Source: an uncultured Solirubrobacteraceae bacterium
GTDB taxonomy: Bacteria; Actinomycetota; Thermoleophilia; Solirubrobacterales; Solirubrobacteraceae
Length of the DNA: 64,000 nucleotides
NCBI GenBank assembly: GCA_963734225.1
Contig: CAVTGI010000005.1
Location: 79,176-143,175 of the forward strand
Reading direction: 5' to 3'
Shown: positions 8,952 to 16,945 of the stretch, in pieces
How the letters are laid out: every line of letters begins with the position of its first letter
How positions within the stretch are numbered: the stretch's first letter is position 1
Translations under genes and position numbers: made by a program
The notes under the pieces: model-generated
The model's database searches: none
What the model was told of the DNA's origin: nothing
The model's input: the letters and a program-made list of their open reading frames with translations, nothing else

Positions 8952-8980
8952 ATGGAGCCAACCGACCTCAAGTCGAACCG
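8952..8980 (+). repeat. left copy of an imperfect direct repeat (ATGGAGCCAA...CGACCTC...TCGAACCG)
   Basis: The 10-mer ATGGAGCCAA plus TCGAACCG and CGACCTC recur at 11945..11976. Together the copies bracket the STAND genes. Confidence 0.3.
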
Positions 8981-9123
8981 GTGCACGCGGGTCGCCGGTG
9001 GCCGACTGTCCGCTCGATGATCGCAAGATAAGGCTCGCTCGGATGACCCGGCCACGGCCAGCGAAAGACTGACTGCGTTCCGATGCGCCGCCGGCCCCCA
9101 AGTTGCTTAGGCGACCGCCCGGG

Positions 9124-10239
9124 CTACTCGGCTAGCCGGCGCAGCACGCTCTCGACGTCCGCGTCGGCACCGAGAGCACGGAACTGCTCCAAAGCCGCCG
9201 TCCACACAGCGGCCGCAAGATCTGGCTCGGCTAGCGCGGCATGCGCCTCGCCCTGCACCACCAAAGCGTCTGCCGCAAGCCTCGGCACACCAAGCTCCCT
9301 TGCAAGGCCGGCCGTGAACGCTGCCTGCCCGACCGCCGCGCGAGGGTCGCCCTGCGCCTGCTCGACGCGCGCGAGCTGAAGCGCTGTCTCCGCTTCCCCG
9401 TAACGGTCGCCGAGCGCGCTGCGGATGCTCATTGCTTCCTCAAGTAGCGCCCTCGCCTCCTCGAAGCGGGCCTGCTCCGCGAGAGCGAGCGCTAGCGATC
9501 CGGCGGTGCGTGCCACGCCATGCCTGTCGCCCAGAGCACGCCGGATCTCAAGGGCTCGCAAATGCAGGTCGCTCGCCTCAGCCGGGTTCTCCTGCAGGCG
9601 CGCGAGATGCCCGAGGTTGTTCAGCGTTCGGCTCACACCCTCCGCGTCCTCGATCTGTTCGCGCAACCCGAGCGCCTGGTCGAACAGGGCCTGTGCGTCG
9701 GCATAGCGTCCGCTGTCGCGGAGCGTCATGCCGAGGTTGTTCAGGCTGCGCGCGAGACCATGCTCACGTTCCTCGCTGCCCTCAAGTCGCCGCCACCGCT
9801 CGATTGACGCTTCGAACGCGTCCCGGGCGCGGTCCATCTGCCCGAGCTTGCGGTAGGCGAGCCCAAGGTTGCTGAGTGCCCCCGCCTCACCGACCTGGTC
9901 GCCGATGTCACCGAAGGTCGCGAGCGCGAGTTCGAACTCCCTGGCGGCCTGCGCGAACCGGGACTGCTGGCGGTGGACGGTCCCAAGCTGGTTAAGCATC
10001 TGCGCAAGCGGCTGCTGCTGCTCTGAGCGGCGTGCGGCTTCGACCGCCCAGGAGAGGATCGTCTCACCCTCATCCCAGTAAGAGCGGCGTGCCAGGAATG
10101 GTGCGAGCGCACCTGCGAGCTCCAGAACCTGCCCATCATCCTCACGGCTGTGGGCCTGCGCGACTGTGGAGAACAGCTCGTCGCGGCGCTCCTCATACCA
10201 ATCCAGCGCGGCGCGTTCGCGCTCCAAGTTCAACGCCAC
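9124..10239 (-). CDS. tetratricopeptide-repeat protein; C-terminal sensor part of a split STAND NTPase
   Basis: 371 aa with repeated 'LNNLG/LSNLG...A...FE.AL' TPR_12-like units. GTG 10239 is in the same frame as the upstream NB-ARC ORF, separated only by TAG-AGC-ACA. Confidence 0.8.
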   Translation of the reverse strand: MALNLERERAALDWYEERRDELFSTVAQAHSREDDGQVLELAGALAPFLARRSYWDEGETILSWAVEAARRSEQQQPLAQMLNQLGTVHRQQSRFAQAAREFELALATFGDIGDQVGEAGALSNLGLAYRKLGQMDRARDAFEASIERWRRLEGSEEREHGLARSLNNLGMTLRDSGRYADAQALFDQALGLREQIEDAEGVSRTLNNLGHLARLQENPAEASDLHLRALEIRRALGDRHGVARTAGSLALALAEQARFEEARALLEEAMSIRSALGDRYGEAETALQLARVEQAQGDPRAAVGQAAFTAGLARELGVPRLAADALVVQGEAHAALAEPDLAAAVWTAALEQFRALGADADVESVLRRLAE

Positions 10240-10245
10240 TGTGCT

Positions 10246-11760
10246 CTAGTCCTCGCCTTCGAGGTCGTTGGCGTGCTCTTCCGCCATTTCCACTACCCAG
10301 CGGACCTTACGTTCCTGCGCGGACAGGATCTCCTCCTCGCCCAGCTCGCTGACGGCCAGCTGCGACGCAGCTAGCCGAAGCAGGTCGTTGATCCTCCAGC
10401 CGCCCCCGGCGACGGGCGTGATCAGGCGCTGTTCGCCGAGCTCCTGCAGCAACTCCTCGGCAGCCCCGGTGTCGCATCCGGCGACCGCGGCGACGAGCGC
10501 AGGCTCCAGGTCGCTGACATCGAGGGCCGCGAGCAGAAGCAGCACCCGCCGGGCCTCGGACCCGGCGTCGCCCAGGCTTGAGGCCAGGGTTCCACGGATC
10601 GTCCCGGCCCGGTCATCCAGTCCGCCAAGGAGGTCATCGGAGGCGGCGAGAGCTTTTGCCACGCTCGACAGCGTCCGCGCCGGCTGTGCCCACAGACGGC
10701 CCGCCACTACGGCCAGTGCGAGCGGCAAGCCCGAGCAGCTCGCCACTATCTCCCGGGCAGCCTCCGCTTCGCTACGCACACGATCGCCGACGATCGCCTC
10801 CAGCAGCTGGAGTGCGTCGTCCTGCGCCATCTCGGCCAGCTCGATCAGTGCCGCTCCAGCGAGCCCCTGCAGCGGTATACGCGAGGTGACGAGCACCACA
10901 CAGTCACCGTTGGCCGGGATCAGCCGCTGCACCTCGCTGTCCTGCTGCGCGTTATCGAGCACCACCAGCACCGGGTCTGTCGCACACATCGAACGCCACA
11001 GAGCCAGACGACGCTCAGGATCCTCCGGGATCGCGTCCGGGCCGACACCGAGATCGCGGAGCAGCCGCGCCGCAACATCCCCTGCCGAGAGCACCCGTCC
11101 GTCAGGGCGGCGCATGTCGACATACAGGACACCGCCGTCGAACCGGTCGGGCTGGCGGTAGGCAAGCTCGAGCGCGAACACAGACTTCCCGGTACCCGCC
11201 GTGCCAGTGCAGTTCACGAGCGTCGCCACATGACCCAGGGACGCCGTGGCCAGCTTAGACTGCCCGTCGACAAGCTCCTTGTCGCGGTCCACGAACGGTG
11301 AGCTCTGCGCAGGTAGCTGCCGTGCCGCCGGCAGGCGCAGCGCGAGCCGCTCAATCGCCTCGGTGATCCCCTGAAGGAGCTCACTGTTGCCGGTGCTTAT
11401 GTCGCCGCCAATCTCCGTGCGCAGGCGCCGCAGCTCCTGGTGGGCCTGGCGGTCGTCGCGCATCACCCGCCACTGGTTCTCGCGGATCGCCTCCGCGAGG
11501 TCATCCGCCTGTTGCGTCGAGTCGGTGATCGCGCGCAGTGCCCATAGCATCTCCGCCTTGCGGAAGACGCCGCTCTCGGCGTAAACGTAGATCTCGACCA
11601 GCACGGAGGGTTGCGTTAGCAGCTTGTAAGCGTTCGGGAACCGTGGCTTCAGGAGCTTGACGAGCTGGTTTGCCTCGCTGCCCTTCGCCCACTCCCTGAG
11701 CCGCTTGGCGGCCGGCTCACCAACCATCTCGACGATCGAAAGGGTGATCGGGTCGACCAT
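10246..11760 (-). CDS. NB-ARC/STAND P-loop NTPase with an uncharacterised helical N-terminal domain
   Basis: Walker A 'GTAGTGKS', Walker B 'VLVVLDNA', 'VLVTSR', 'LPLAL'. About 185 aa at the N-terminus are unassigned. Start ATG 11760 (alternatives 11784 and 11844). Confidence 0.8.
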   Translation of the reverse strand: MVDPITLSIVEMVGEPAAKRLREWAKGSEANQLVKLLKPRFPNAYKLLTQPSVLVEIYVYAESGVFRKAEMLWALRAITDSTQQADDLAEAIRENQWRVMRDDRQAHQELRRLRTEIGGDISTGNSELLQGITEAIERLALRLPAARQLPAQSSPFVDRDKELVDGQSKLATASLGHVATLVNCTGTAGTGKSVFALELAYRQPDRFDGGVLYVDMRRPDGRVLSAGDVAARLLRDLGVGPDAIPEDPERRLALWRSMCATDPVLVVLDNAQQDSEVQRLIPANGDCVVLVTSRIPLQGLAGAALIELAEMAQDDALQLLEAIVGDRVRSEAEAAREIVASCSGLPLALAVVAGRLWAQPARTLSSVAKALAASDDLLGGLDDRAGTIRGTLASSLGDAGSEARRVLLLLAALDVSDLEPALVAAVAGCDTGAAEELLQELGEQRLITPVAGGGWRINDLLRLAASQLAVSELGEEEILSAQERKVRWVVEMAEEHANDLEGED

Positions 11761-11944
11761 CGCCCGACAGTGTCCCTTGTGCATGGGATGGATCGAGAGC
11801 TGCGCGGGAAGTTGCAGCCCACGACACGTCGAGCCCGATGACAACCGGCGAACGTGAGCGGGGAGGCGTCCGGATCACGTGGCCGTAGACAGAGTCGAGG
11901 CAGAGCGCCCGACACGAGAGAGCGGTTCGACAACTGGTCGCGGT

Positions 11945-11976
11945 ATGGAGCCAATCAGCATCGAACCGACGACCTC
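11945..11976 (+). repeat. right copy of the imperfect direct repeat
   Basis: ATGGAGCCAA (11945-54), TCGAACCG (11961-68), CGACCTC (11970-76). Superficially resembles a tRNA 3' end, but no cloverleaf can be folded. Confidence 0.3.
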
Positions 11977-11984
11977 GTGGTAGT

Positions 11985-12824
11985 TCAGGCCTCTGCCGCC
12001 ACCAGCGCCTCCACCCCCGGCGCCAACTCCGCCAACAATCCCGGCCAAACCTCGGGATCGTGCCCCGGTATCAGCCGATACCCGCGCTCGGCGGCGATCG
12101 CCTTCAGCCGGCGGATCGCCACGACCGTGTCCTGCGCCTCGCAGTGCACGAACCCCCCGACGGCGCGCTCGTGCTCAAAGTTCTCGGTCAGGTCGCCGGC
12201 GTCGAAGGCGAACACGTAGCCGCTGCCGTCGGGCAGGTCGATCACAAAGCTCTGATGGCCGGGCGTGTGCCCGGGCGTGAGCACCACGCTGATCCCTGGC
12301 GCTAGCTCAGCGTCGCCGTCGAGCAGCCGCCAGTCGATCTCGGGGTCGTCGTAGTCGATGCGGAACATGCCGTGGCGCTCGGGGAAGGGATGGTCGGCGA
12401 GCCCGTACTCCAGCTCGCGCCGCTGCACCCATACGGGCACGCTGCGGTCGAACAGCCGCAGGCCGCCCGCGTGGTCGTTGTGCAGATGCGACAGGTAGAT
12501 GCGCGTGATGTCGCCCAGCGCCACGCCGTGCGCTGCGAGCGCGTGCTCGAGCGGCTCGCCGTCGACGTCGGGCAGAATCGGCACGATGTTGTTGTTGCGC
12601 CCATGCAGGCGCTCGTACAGCGGCCGGTCGTGGATCAGCGCGGTGTTGATGCCGGTGTCGAGCAGAGTCCAGCCGTCGTCGGTGTCGAGCAGCACGGCGG
12701 GCACCGGCTCGACGAGCATCTGTCCGGAATCGTCGCCGTGGACAGAGAAGGACTTGGGCAGCCGCTCCCAGCCGACGATCAGCGGGATCACGCGGCGCAC
12801 GCTTGTCGGGGTCACCCCCCGCAT
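11985..12824 (-). CDS. MBL-fold metallo-hydrolase (N-acyl-homoserine-lactonase-like)
   Basis: 'HLHNDHAGG' (HxHxDH), 'TPGHTPGH', 'IPGHD'. ATG 12824. The rest of the 502-aa track ORF upstream is non-coding-like. Confidence 0.8.
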   Translation of the reverse strand: MRGVTPTSVRRVIPLIVGWERLPKSFSVHGDDSGQMLVEPVPAVLLDTDDGWTLLDTGINTALIHDRPLYERLHGRNNNIVPILPDVDGEPLEHALAAHGVALGDITRIYLSHLHNDHAGGLRLFDRSVPVWVQRRELEYGLADHPFPERHGMFRIDYDDPEIDWRLLDGDAELAPGISVVLTPGHTPGHQSFVIDLPDGSGYVFAFDAGDLTENFEHERAVGGFVHCEAQDTVVAIRRLKAIAAERGYRLIPGHDPEVWPGLLAELAPGVEALVAAEA

Positions 12825-12944
12825 TTTCTCAACCGGAGCCCTGCCATGCGTTAGCGAGACGTGCCGCACACATGATCTGTAACGCGCCCCGCTCCCCCCG
12901 GGACTGAGCGTTGTATGCCCCCAACCTCCAAGGAGCACAACGCA

Positions 12945-14075
12945 ATGAGAGCAATGACTCGGATCGGCGTCGCGGCGGCAAGCGTCGCGGCAGTGATGGC
13001 AGGCGCTGGCGGCTCGTCCTCGGCGCTCGCCGCAGGAGCGGCCGCCAACAGCGTGTTCGTCCAGACCGACAACACAAGCGCCAACCAAATCGTGTCGTAT
13101 GACCGTGGCAGCGGTGGCGCGCTCACACAGGCCGGCATCTTCAACACGGGCGGCCTCGGCGGCGAGCTGGAAGGCTCGCAGGTCGACCACCTCGCGTCGC
13201 AGGGCTCCCTCGCCCTGGACTCCGAAAACAACCTGCTGTACGCGGTCAACGCGGGCAGCAGCACGATCTCCGTGTTCGCCGTCCTGGGCGACCAGCTGGC
13301 GCTTCGCCAGGTGCTCGGTTCGGGCGGCACGTTCCCGGTCAGCATCGCGGTCAAGGACGGCCTGGTGTATGTGCTCAACGGCCTGGAAGGCGGGTCGCTG
13401 CAGGGCTTCAAAGTGCAAGAAGGCCGCCTGGTTGCGATTCCCGGATCCAACCGTCCGCTGAACCTCCCCGAAGAAACGCCGCAGTTCACGCACACCCCGG
13501 GGACGGTCGTGTTCTCACCCAGTGGCACCCAGTTGATCGTCACGACCAAGGCGGCGGGCAACGACGTGGACGTGTTCTCGGTCAACGCGCAGGGGCGCCT
13601 GTCCAAAGCGCCGGTCGTCAACCCGCTGCCGGGCACGGTTCCCTTCGCGGTGACGTTCGACAAGCAGGGCAACGTGGTCCTGAGCGAGAGCGTGGGCGCG
13701 ATCGCCAGCTTCAAGCTCGATGAAAACGGCACGATCGAGCAGCTCGACGTGGTGCCGAGCGGCCAGGTGGCAACCTGCTGGGTCGTGGGCGTGCGCAACC
13801 TGTTCTTCACGTCGAACCCCGGGAGCGCGTCGCTCAGCGGCTTCTCGTCGAGTAATGGTGGGCAGCTGCTGACGCCGCTGGGCAACACGGAAACGGACCC
13901 GGGGACGGTCGATGCGACGATCACCGGCGCCGGGCGCTTCCTGTACGTCCAGGCGGGAGGCCCGGGCAACGTGGACGAGTACACGATCGCGGCGAGCGGC
14001 ACGCTCACCAAAGCCGGCTCGGTGACGGTGCCGGGCGCGGTGGGCGGCGAGGGAATCGCTTCTCCGACCAACTAG
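12945..14075 (+). CDS. secreted beta-propeller protein (lactonase / 6-phosphogluconolactonase-like fold)
   Basis: AAGGAG lies 9 nt before ATG 12945. Signal peptide 'MRAMTRIGVAAASVAAVMAGAGGSSSALA'. Repeated 'LLYAVNAGSSTISVF' / 'VYVLNG' / 'LIVTTKAAGNDVDVFSV' blade-like units. Confidence 0.7.
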   Translation: MRAMTRIGVAAASVAAVMAGAGGSSSALAAGAAANSVFVQTDNTSANQIVSYDRGSGGALTQAGIFNTGGLGGELEGSQVDHLASQGSLALDSENNLLYAVNAGSSTISVFAVLGDQLALRQVLGSGGTFPVSIAVKDGLVYVLNGLEGGSLQGFKVQEGRLVAIPGSNRPLNLPEETPQFTHTPGTVVFSPSGTQLIVTTKAAGNDVDVFSVNAQGRLSKAPVVNPLPGTVPFAVTFDKQGNVVLSESVGAIASFKLDENGTIEQLDVVPSGQVATCWVVGVRNLFFTSNPGSASLSGFSSSNGGQLLTPLGNTETDPGTVDATITGAGRFLYVQAGGPGNVDEYTIAASGTLTKAGSVTVPGAVGGEGIASPTN

Positions 14076-14144
14076 CCGACTCACCCCGAAGCGATGCATG
14101 CTGCGGCGCGCCCGTGCGGTACGCCGTAGCCTGCAACTTGATCC

Positions 14145-14735
14145 ATGAATGACGAGGACGAAGAGCTTGTGGCCCGGATGCGGGCGGGCGATGAGGAGGC
14201 GTTCGTGTCCCTTGTCGCCCGCCACCACGCGTCGATGCTGCGTCTGGCCAACTCGTTCGTGTCCAGCAGGGCGGTCGCGGAGGAGGTCGTGCAGGACACC
14301 TGGATGGGCGTCTTGCGCGGCATCGATGGCTTTGCGGGGCGCTCGTCGTTCAAGACGTGGCTGCTGCGGATCCTCGTCAACCGAGCGCGCACGACCGGTA
14401 TGCGCGAGCGTCGCAGCGTGGCGATCGGCGACGCGGCGCCGGCGGTGGACGCGTCGCGCTTTGACGCCTCCGGGGCGTGGAGCTCGCCGCCCCAACACTG
14501 GGTGGAGGACAGCGACGATCGCCTGCTCGCGCAGTCGCTTGCGCAGCGCATCGAGCAGGGCCTTGCGCAGCTGCCGGAGCGCCAGCGCGAGGTCGTAACG
14601 ATGCGCGACGTGGATGGACTGAGCAGCAGAGAGGTATGCGAGGTGCTTGACATCAGCGAAGCCAACCAGCGGGTCCTGCTGCACCGCGGCAGAAGTCACC
14701 TGCGCCAGGCGCTGGAAGACGCGGTGGCGCCATGA
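14145..14735 (+). CDS. ECF-type RNA polymerase sigma-70 family factor
   Basis: Region 2 'AEEVVQDTWMGVL'. Region 4 'LPERQREVVTMRDVDGLSSREVCEVLDISEANQRVLLHRGRSHLR'. Confidence 0.9.
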   Translation: MNDEDEELVARMRAGDEEAFVSLVARHHASMLRLANSFVSSRAVAEEVVQDTWMGVLRGIDGFAGRSSFKTWLLRILVNRARTTGMRERRSVAIGDAAPAVDASRFDASGAWSSPPQHWVEDSDDRLLAQSLAQRIEQGLAQLPERQREVVTMRDVDGLSSREVCEVLDISEANQRVLLHRGRSHLRQALEDAVAP

Positions 14736-14995
14736 GGCTGCTGGCACGACGCGAGCCTCTGGTCTGCCAGGAGGTGGTGGAGATGGTGACCGATTATTTG
14801 GAGGGCGCCCTGTCGCGTGGGCAGCGCAAACGCCTAGACGCGCACCTGGCGGGCTGTGAGCACTGCAGCGAGTATCTGGCACAGATGCGCGCCACGATCG
14901 CACTGACCGGGCGCCTGCGCAGCGAGGACCTGACCCCCGAGATGCGCGAGGATTTCGGCGACATCTACCGCCGCTGGCGCGCCGAAGAAGACTGA
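14732..14995 (+). CDS. zf-HC2 anti-sigma factor
   Basis: 87 aa. ATGA overlap with the sigma gene. 'HLAGCEHCSEY' H-x3-C-x2-C motif. Confidence 0.8.
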   Translation: MRLLARREPLVCQEVVEMVTDYLEGALSRGQRKRLDAHLAGCEHCSEYLAQMRATIALTGRLRSEDLTPEMREDFGDIYRRWRAEED

Positions 14996-15060
14996 GGCCC
15001 AGCGCGGTGCGACCGCCGCGCGCGGCCCGCGCGCGTGCCCGGCCGCGCTACGCTCGTCGC

Positions 15061-15936
15061 CTACGCTCGCGCGCTGGCCTGCGGGTCAAGCCGTGACATG
15101 GTCACGGCGGCGGCGAGCTCGGAGTTGGCCCCGCCCATGTAAAGCCCCTTGACGGGGGGGACGTCCGCGTAGAAGCGTCCGTGGCCGATCTTCACGTGGG
15201 TCTCGTCGGTCAGGCGGCGGTTGGTGGGGTCGGCGCTCACCCACACGGGCTCGCCGTGGCCGTTGCTGCTCGGCAGCAGCGCCTCCAGCCACGCGTGTGT
15301 GTCCACCTCCAGCGAGTCTGTGCCGTCGTCCTCGGGCGCCGCCCACAAATAGCCGGACACGTAGCGCGCGGCGATTCCGTGGCGGCGCAGCAGCACGAGG
15401 CCGAGGTGGGCGAAGTCCTGGCAGACGCCCGCGCCGGCGGCGAGCAGGTCGCTGACCTCAGAGCCCACATAGGTGGCGCCGGGGCGGTATTCGAAGCGGT
15501 CGGGGATCAGCTCGCACAGTAGTTCGAGCGTCTCCAGCGGGCTGTCGGCGCGCAGTGCCTCGTGCAGCTCGTCAATCCCGGCGATCGGCGGCTGGTCCTG
15601 CCAGGGCAGGGCAAACTCTCCGGCGGCGTCCACGTAGGCGGCGCTGCGCAGGCTCTCCCAGCTGCCGTCGGGCGGCTCGGCTGGCGGCGAGGTAACGACC
15701 CGCGCACGCACGTCGATCGTGAGGTGGTCGTGGGCGGTGGGGATGCCGAACTCGAGCACCTCGGTGCCGAAGTAGTCCAGATGGCGGCTTACGCGGGCCT
15801 CGGGCTCGATGCGCGTGTGGAACTCGTCACATCTTTGCGTCGAGGTCGTGGCGGGGCGCACGCGCAGGGCGTTGAGGTTGTCGGTGACCGGCTCGTCGTA
15901 GTGGTACTCGGTCAGGTAGCGGATCGCGAAGTGCAT
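15061..15936 (-). CDS. transglutaminase-like family protein
   Basis: N-terminus 'HFAIRYLTEYHYDEPV'. Catalytic-Cys context 'GAGVCQDFAHLGLVLLRRHGIAARYVSGY'. Confidence 0.85.
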   Translation of the reverse strand: MHFAIRYLTEYHYDEPVTDNLNALRVRPATTSTQRCDEFHTRIEPEARVSRHLDYFGTEVLEFGIPTAHDHLTIDVRARVVTSPPAEPPDGSWESLRSAAYVDAAGEFALPWQDQPPIAGIDELHEALRADSPLETLELLCELIPDRFEYRPGATYVGSEVSDLLAAGAGVCQDFAHLGLVLLRRHGIAARYVSGYLWAAPEDDGTDSLEVDTHAWLEALLPSSNGHGEPVWVSADPTNRRLTDETHVKIGHGRFYADVPPVKGLYMGGANSELAAAVTMSRLDPQASARA

Positions 15937-15943
15937 GTTGCGA

Positions 15944-16945
15944 TCACATCCGCGGCGCGCTCGCGGCGGCGCCCGCGAAATAGCGTTCGGCCACGTCCTG
16001 GTCGATCTGTGTCAGCTCGTACTGGGTCTGTTGGCAGATTCCGGTCAACTCGGCTCCGTCGGGCAGCGCCCGGCGTTGGAAGTCTAGGTCGGCTGCCAGC
16101 CTGCTTACCCGCAAGACGGGCTTTGAGTTGCGCGGCCCCGCGTCGGCCGTGCTGAAGGCTTCGTGCAGCGAGTCCACGCAGGCGGCCACGCTGTCGGGAT
16201 ACGCGCGCTCGAACAGTAGAAAGCGGGTGACCGGGTGGGCGTTGGGCGGCGAGGTGACCGCGCGCAGGTAGGCGTGAAAGCCGCCGACGGCCTGCAGCAG
16301 GATCAGTGCGTGCCCGTCGGCGGGTGTCGCGTCATGGGCACCGCCGCCGACCCGGCCCTCCGGGCTGTCTGCCCCGGGGGTCGGCAACGCTATCCGCAGC
16401 ATCCGCAGCACCATGTCGGCGATCTCGATCAGCCCGCCGGCATCCAGGAAGCACTTGGCCTCGTCGCGCAGCATCGAGCGGTTGGCCACGCCCCAGATCA
16501 GGGCGGTGCGCTCCTTGACGTACTGGGAGGCCAGATACGGCCCCGCCGGCGCGGCGGAATTGAACTCCGCCCGGGTGGGCGGGCCCCAATCAGTCCCGCC
16601 GCGCAGCCCCAGCGCGCTGGTGTTGATCGCCTCCCACATCTCCGCGCTGATCACGTCGCGCACCGTGCGTGCCCCCTCTCTCGCGCGCTCGATGCTGGCG
16701 AGCATCGACCCCGGGCGCTCGGGGTCGAGCGTCAAATGATCGAGCGCCTGGCTGCCGCGCGGATGCTCGTGCACGTCGCCGAGCATCGCCAGCAGGCCTC
16801 CCGAGCCGAAGCTGACGCCCGGGCGAGTCTCGGAGGTCCCCTGCAGCTCAGCCTGGAAGACGGCCTCGACGGCGCGCGCGGTGAACTCCGCGCGCGCCAG
16901 GTTGCGGCCCAGCCAGTACAGCTCGTGCGCGATGCGGGCGAGCAT
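15944..16945 (-). CDS. alpha-E domain protein (DUF403)
   Basis: 'LARIAHELYWLGRNLARAEFTAR'. ATG directly abuts the stop of the upstream ATP-grasp gene (TAGATG). Confidence 0.85.
   Translation of the reverse strand: MLARIAHELYWLGRNLARAEFTARAVEAVFQAELQGTSETRPGVSFGSGGLLAMLGDVHEHPRGSQALDHLTLDPERPGSMLASIERAREGARTVRDVISAEMWEAINTSALGLRGGTDWGPPTRAEFNSAAPAGPYLASQYVKERTALIWGVANRSMLRDEAKCFLDAGGLIEIADMVLRMLRIALPTPGADSPEGRVGGGAHDATPADGHALILLQAVGGFHAYLRAVTSPPNAHPVTRFLLFERAYPDSVAACVDSLHEAFSTADAGPRNSKPVLRVSRLAADLDFQRRALPDGAELTGICQQTQYELTQIDQDVAERYFAGAAASAPRM

Noticed and set aside
11945-11985. tRNA-like 3' end on the minus strand (TGGAGCCAATCAGCATCGAACCGACGACCTC).
   Set aside because: I could not form a T-arm or an acceptor stem in any register, so I did not call a tRNA gene. 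It is kept only as a possible degenerate att-like repeat.
14996-15060. GC-rich inverted repeats between the convergent anti-sigma and transglutaminase genes, as possible terminators.
   Set aside because: Short GC stems of this kind are abundant by chance at this GC content, and there is no U-tract. Not specific enough to annotate.
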